Of a stretch of 41,355 nt of DNA, positions 41,282 through 41,355 are shown piece by piece (within the stretch, counting starts at the first letter, position 1; each line of letters starts with the position of its first letter). The stretch is from positions 1-41,355 of the forward strand of contig JBKJHK010000003.1 of assembly GCA_046599035.1 (NCBI GenBank). The letters run 5' to 3'. A program made the translations under genes and the position numbers. Below the pieces are notes generated by a model. That model had not been told where the DNA came from, did no database searches, and saw only the letters and a program-made list of their open reading frames with translations. This DNA is from Parcubacteria group bacterium (GTDB lineage Bacteria; Patescibacteriota; Minisyncoccia; Phycocordibacterales; DATDWN01).

Positions 41282-41355
41282 GACTTGTCGGAGGAAGAAA
41301 AATTTAAAATTTTTCGGGTGAGATTCAAACAGATTTACGGTCTACGCTCGCAGTA

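Noticed and set aside
41285-41355. A fifth, short family-A repeat copy at the window edge.
   Set aside because: The resemblance is only loose (CGGAGGAAGAAAAAT... and TTCAAACAGATTTACGG), and the element is truncated by the window end. That is too weak to call.

Overview
A 41.4-kb, low-GC window (about 38-42% by hand count of sample lines) with small, tightly packed genes, almost all on the minus strand. The content looks like a streamlined, uncultivated lineage such as a Parcubacteria/CPR-type bacterium. That lineage call is inference from gene content only.

Gene content from left to right:
- 1-4.7 kb: a secE-nusG-rplK block that ends in a terminator instead of rplA, then a GC-rich orphan gene with a consensus promoter, a SIMPL-domain protein and folD.
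- 4.7-13.3 kb: PAP2 phosphatase, a SAM methyltransferase, a cupredoxin-like protein, an AI-2E permease, an FAD oxidoreductase, a membrane protein, an MsbA-like ABC exporter, a GIY-YIG protein and CapA.
- 13.4-29.9 kb: a roughly 16.5-kb heavy-metal cluster made of two operons, each headed by a CsoR/RcnR-family repressor.
  - Downstream operon: an RcnR-fingerprint regulator, a small ORF interrupted by UGA, DUF2933, a membrane protein, a CopB-like P1B ATPase with an unusual CPD motif, CopZ and DUF305.
  - Upstream operon: CsoR, CopA, an HMA-TauE fusion, cupredoxin-like and other secreted or membrane proteins, a 59-aa His-rich peptide, an oversized RND adaptor and a CusA-like RND pump. No outer-membrane factor is present.
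- 30-35.4 kb: an accessory islet between tRNA-His and tRNA-Leu. It holds a methyltransferase, a MazF/Phd-like pair, Nudix, an M16 peptidase, GNAT and a RelE/DinJ-like pair.
- 35.5-41.3 kb: rplS, an RluA-family synthase, uppS, tRNA-Val, tRNA-Arg, a pilMNO cluster, a CsaA-like tRNA-binding protein, ruvX and tRNA-Ser.

The intergenic DNA is unusually structured. It contains two subfamilies of about 117-nt palindromic repeats that abut stop codons, a second palindromic family, homologous heptamer tandem repeats upstream of nusG and pilM, a conserved terminator-like motif, an inverted partial copy of the tRNA-Leu 3' end, and a GC-rich convergent mini transcription unit.

No CRISPR array, rRNA gene, transposase, integrase or reverse transcriptase was seen.
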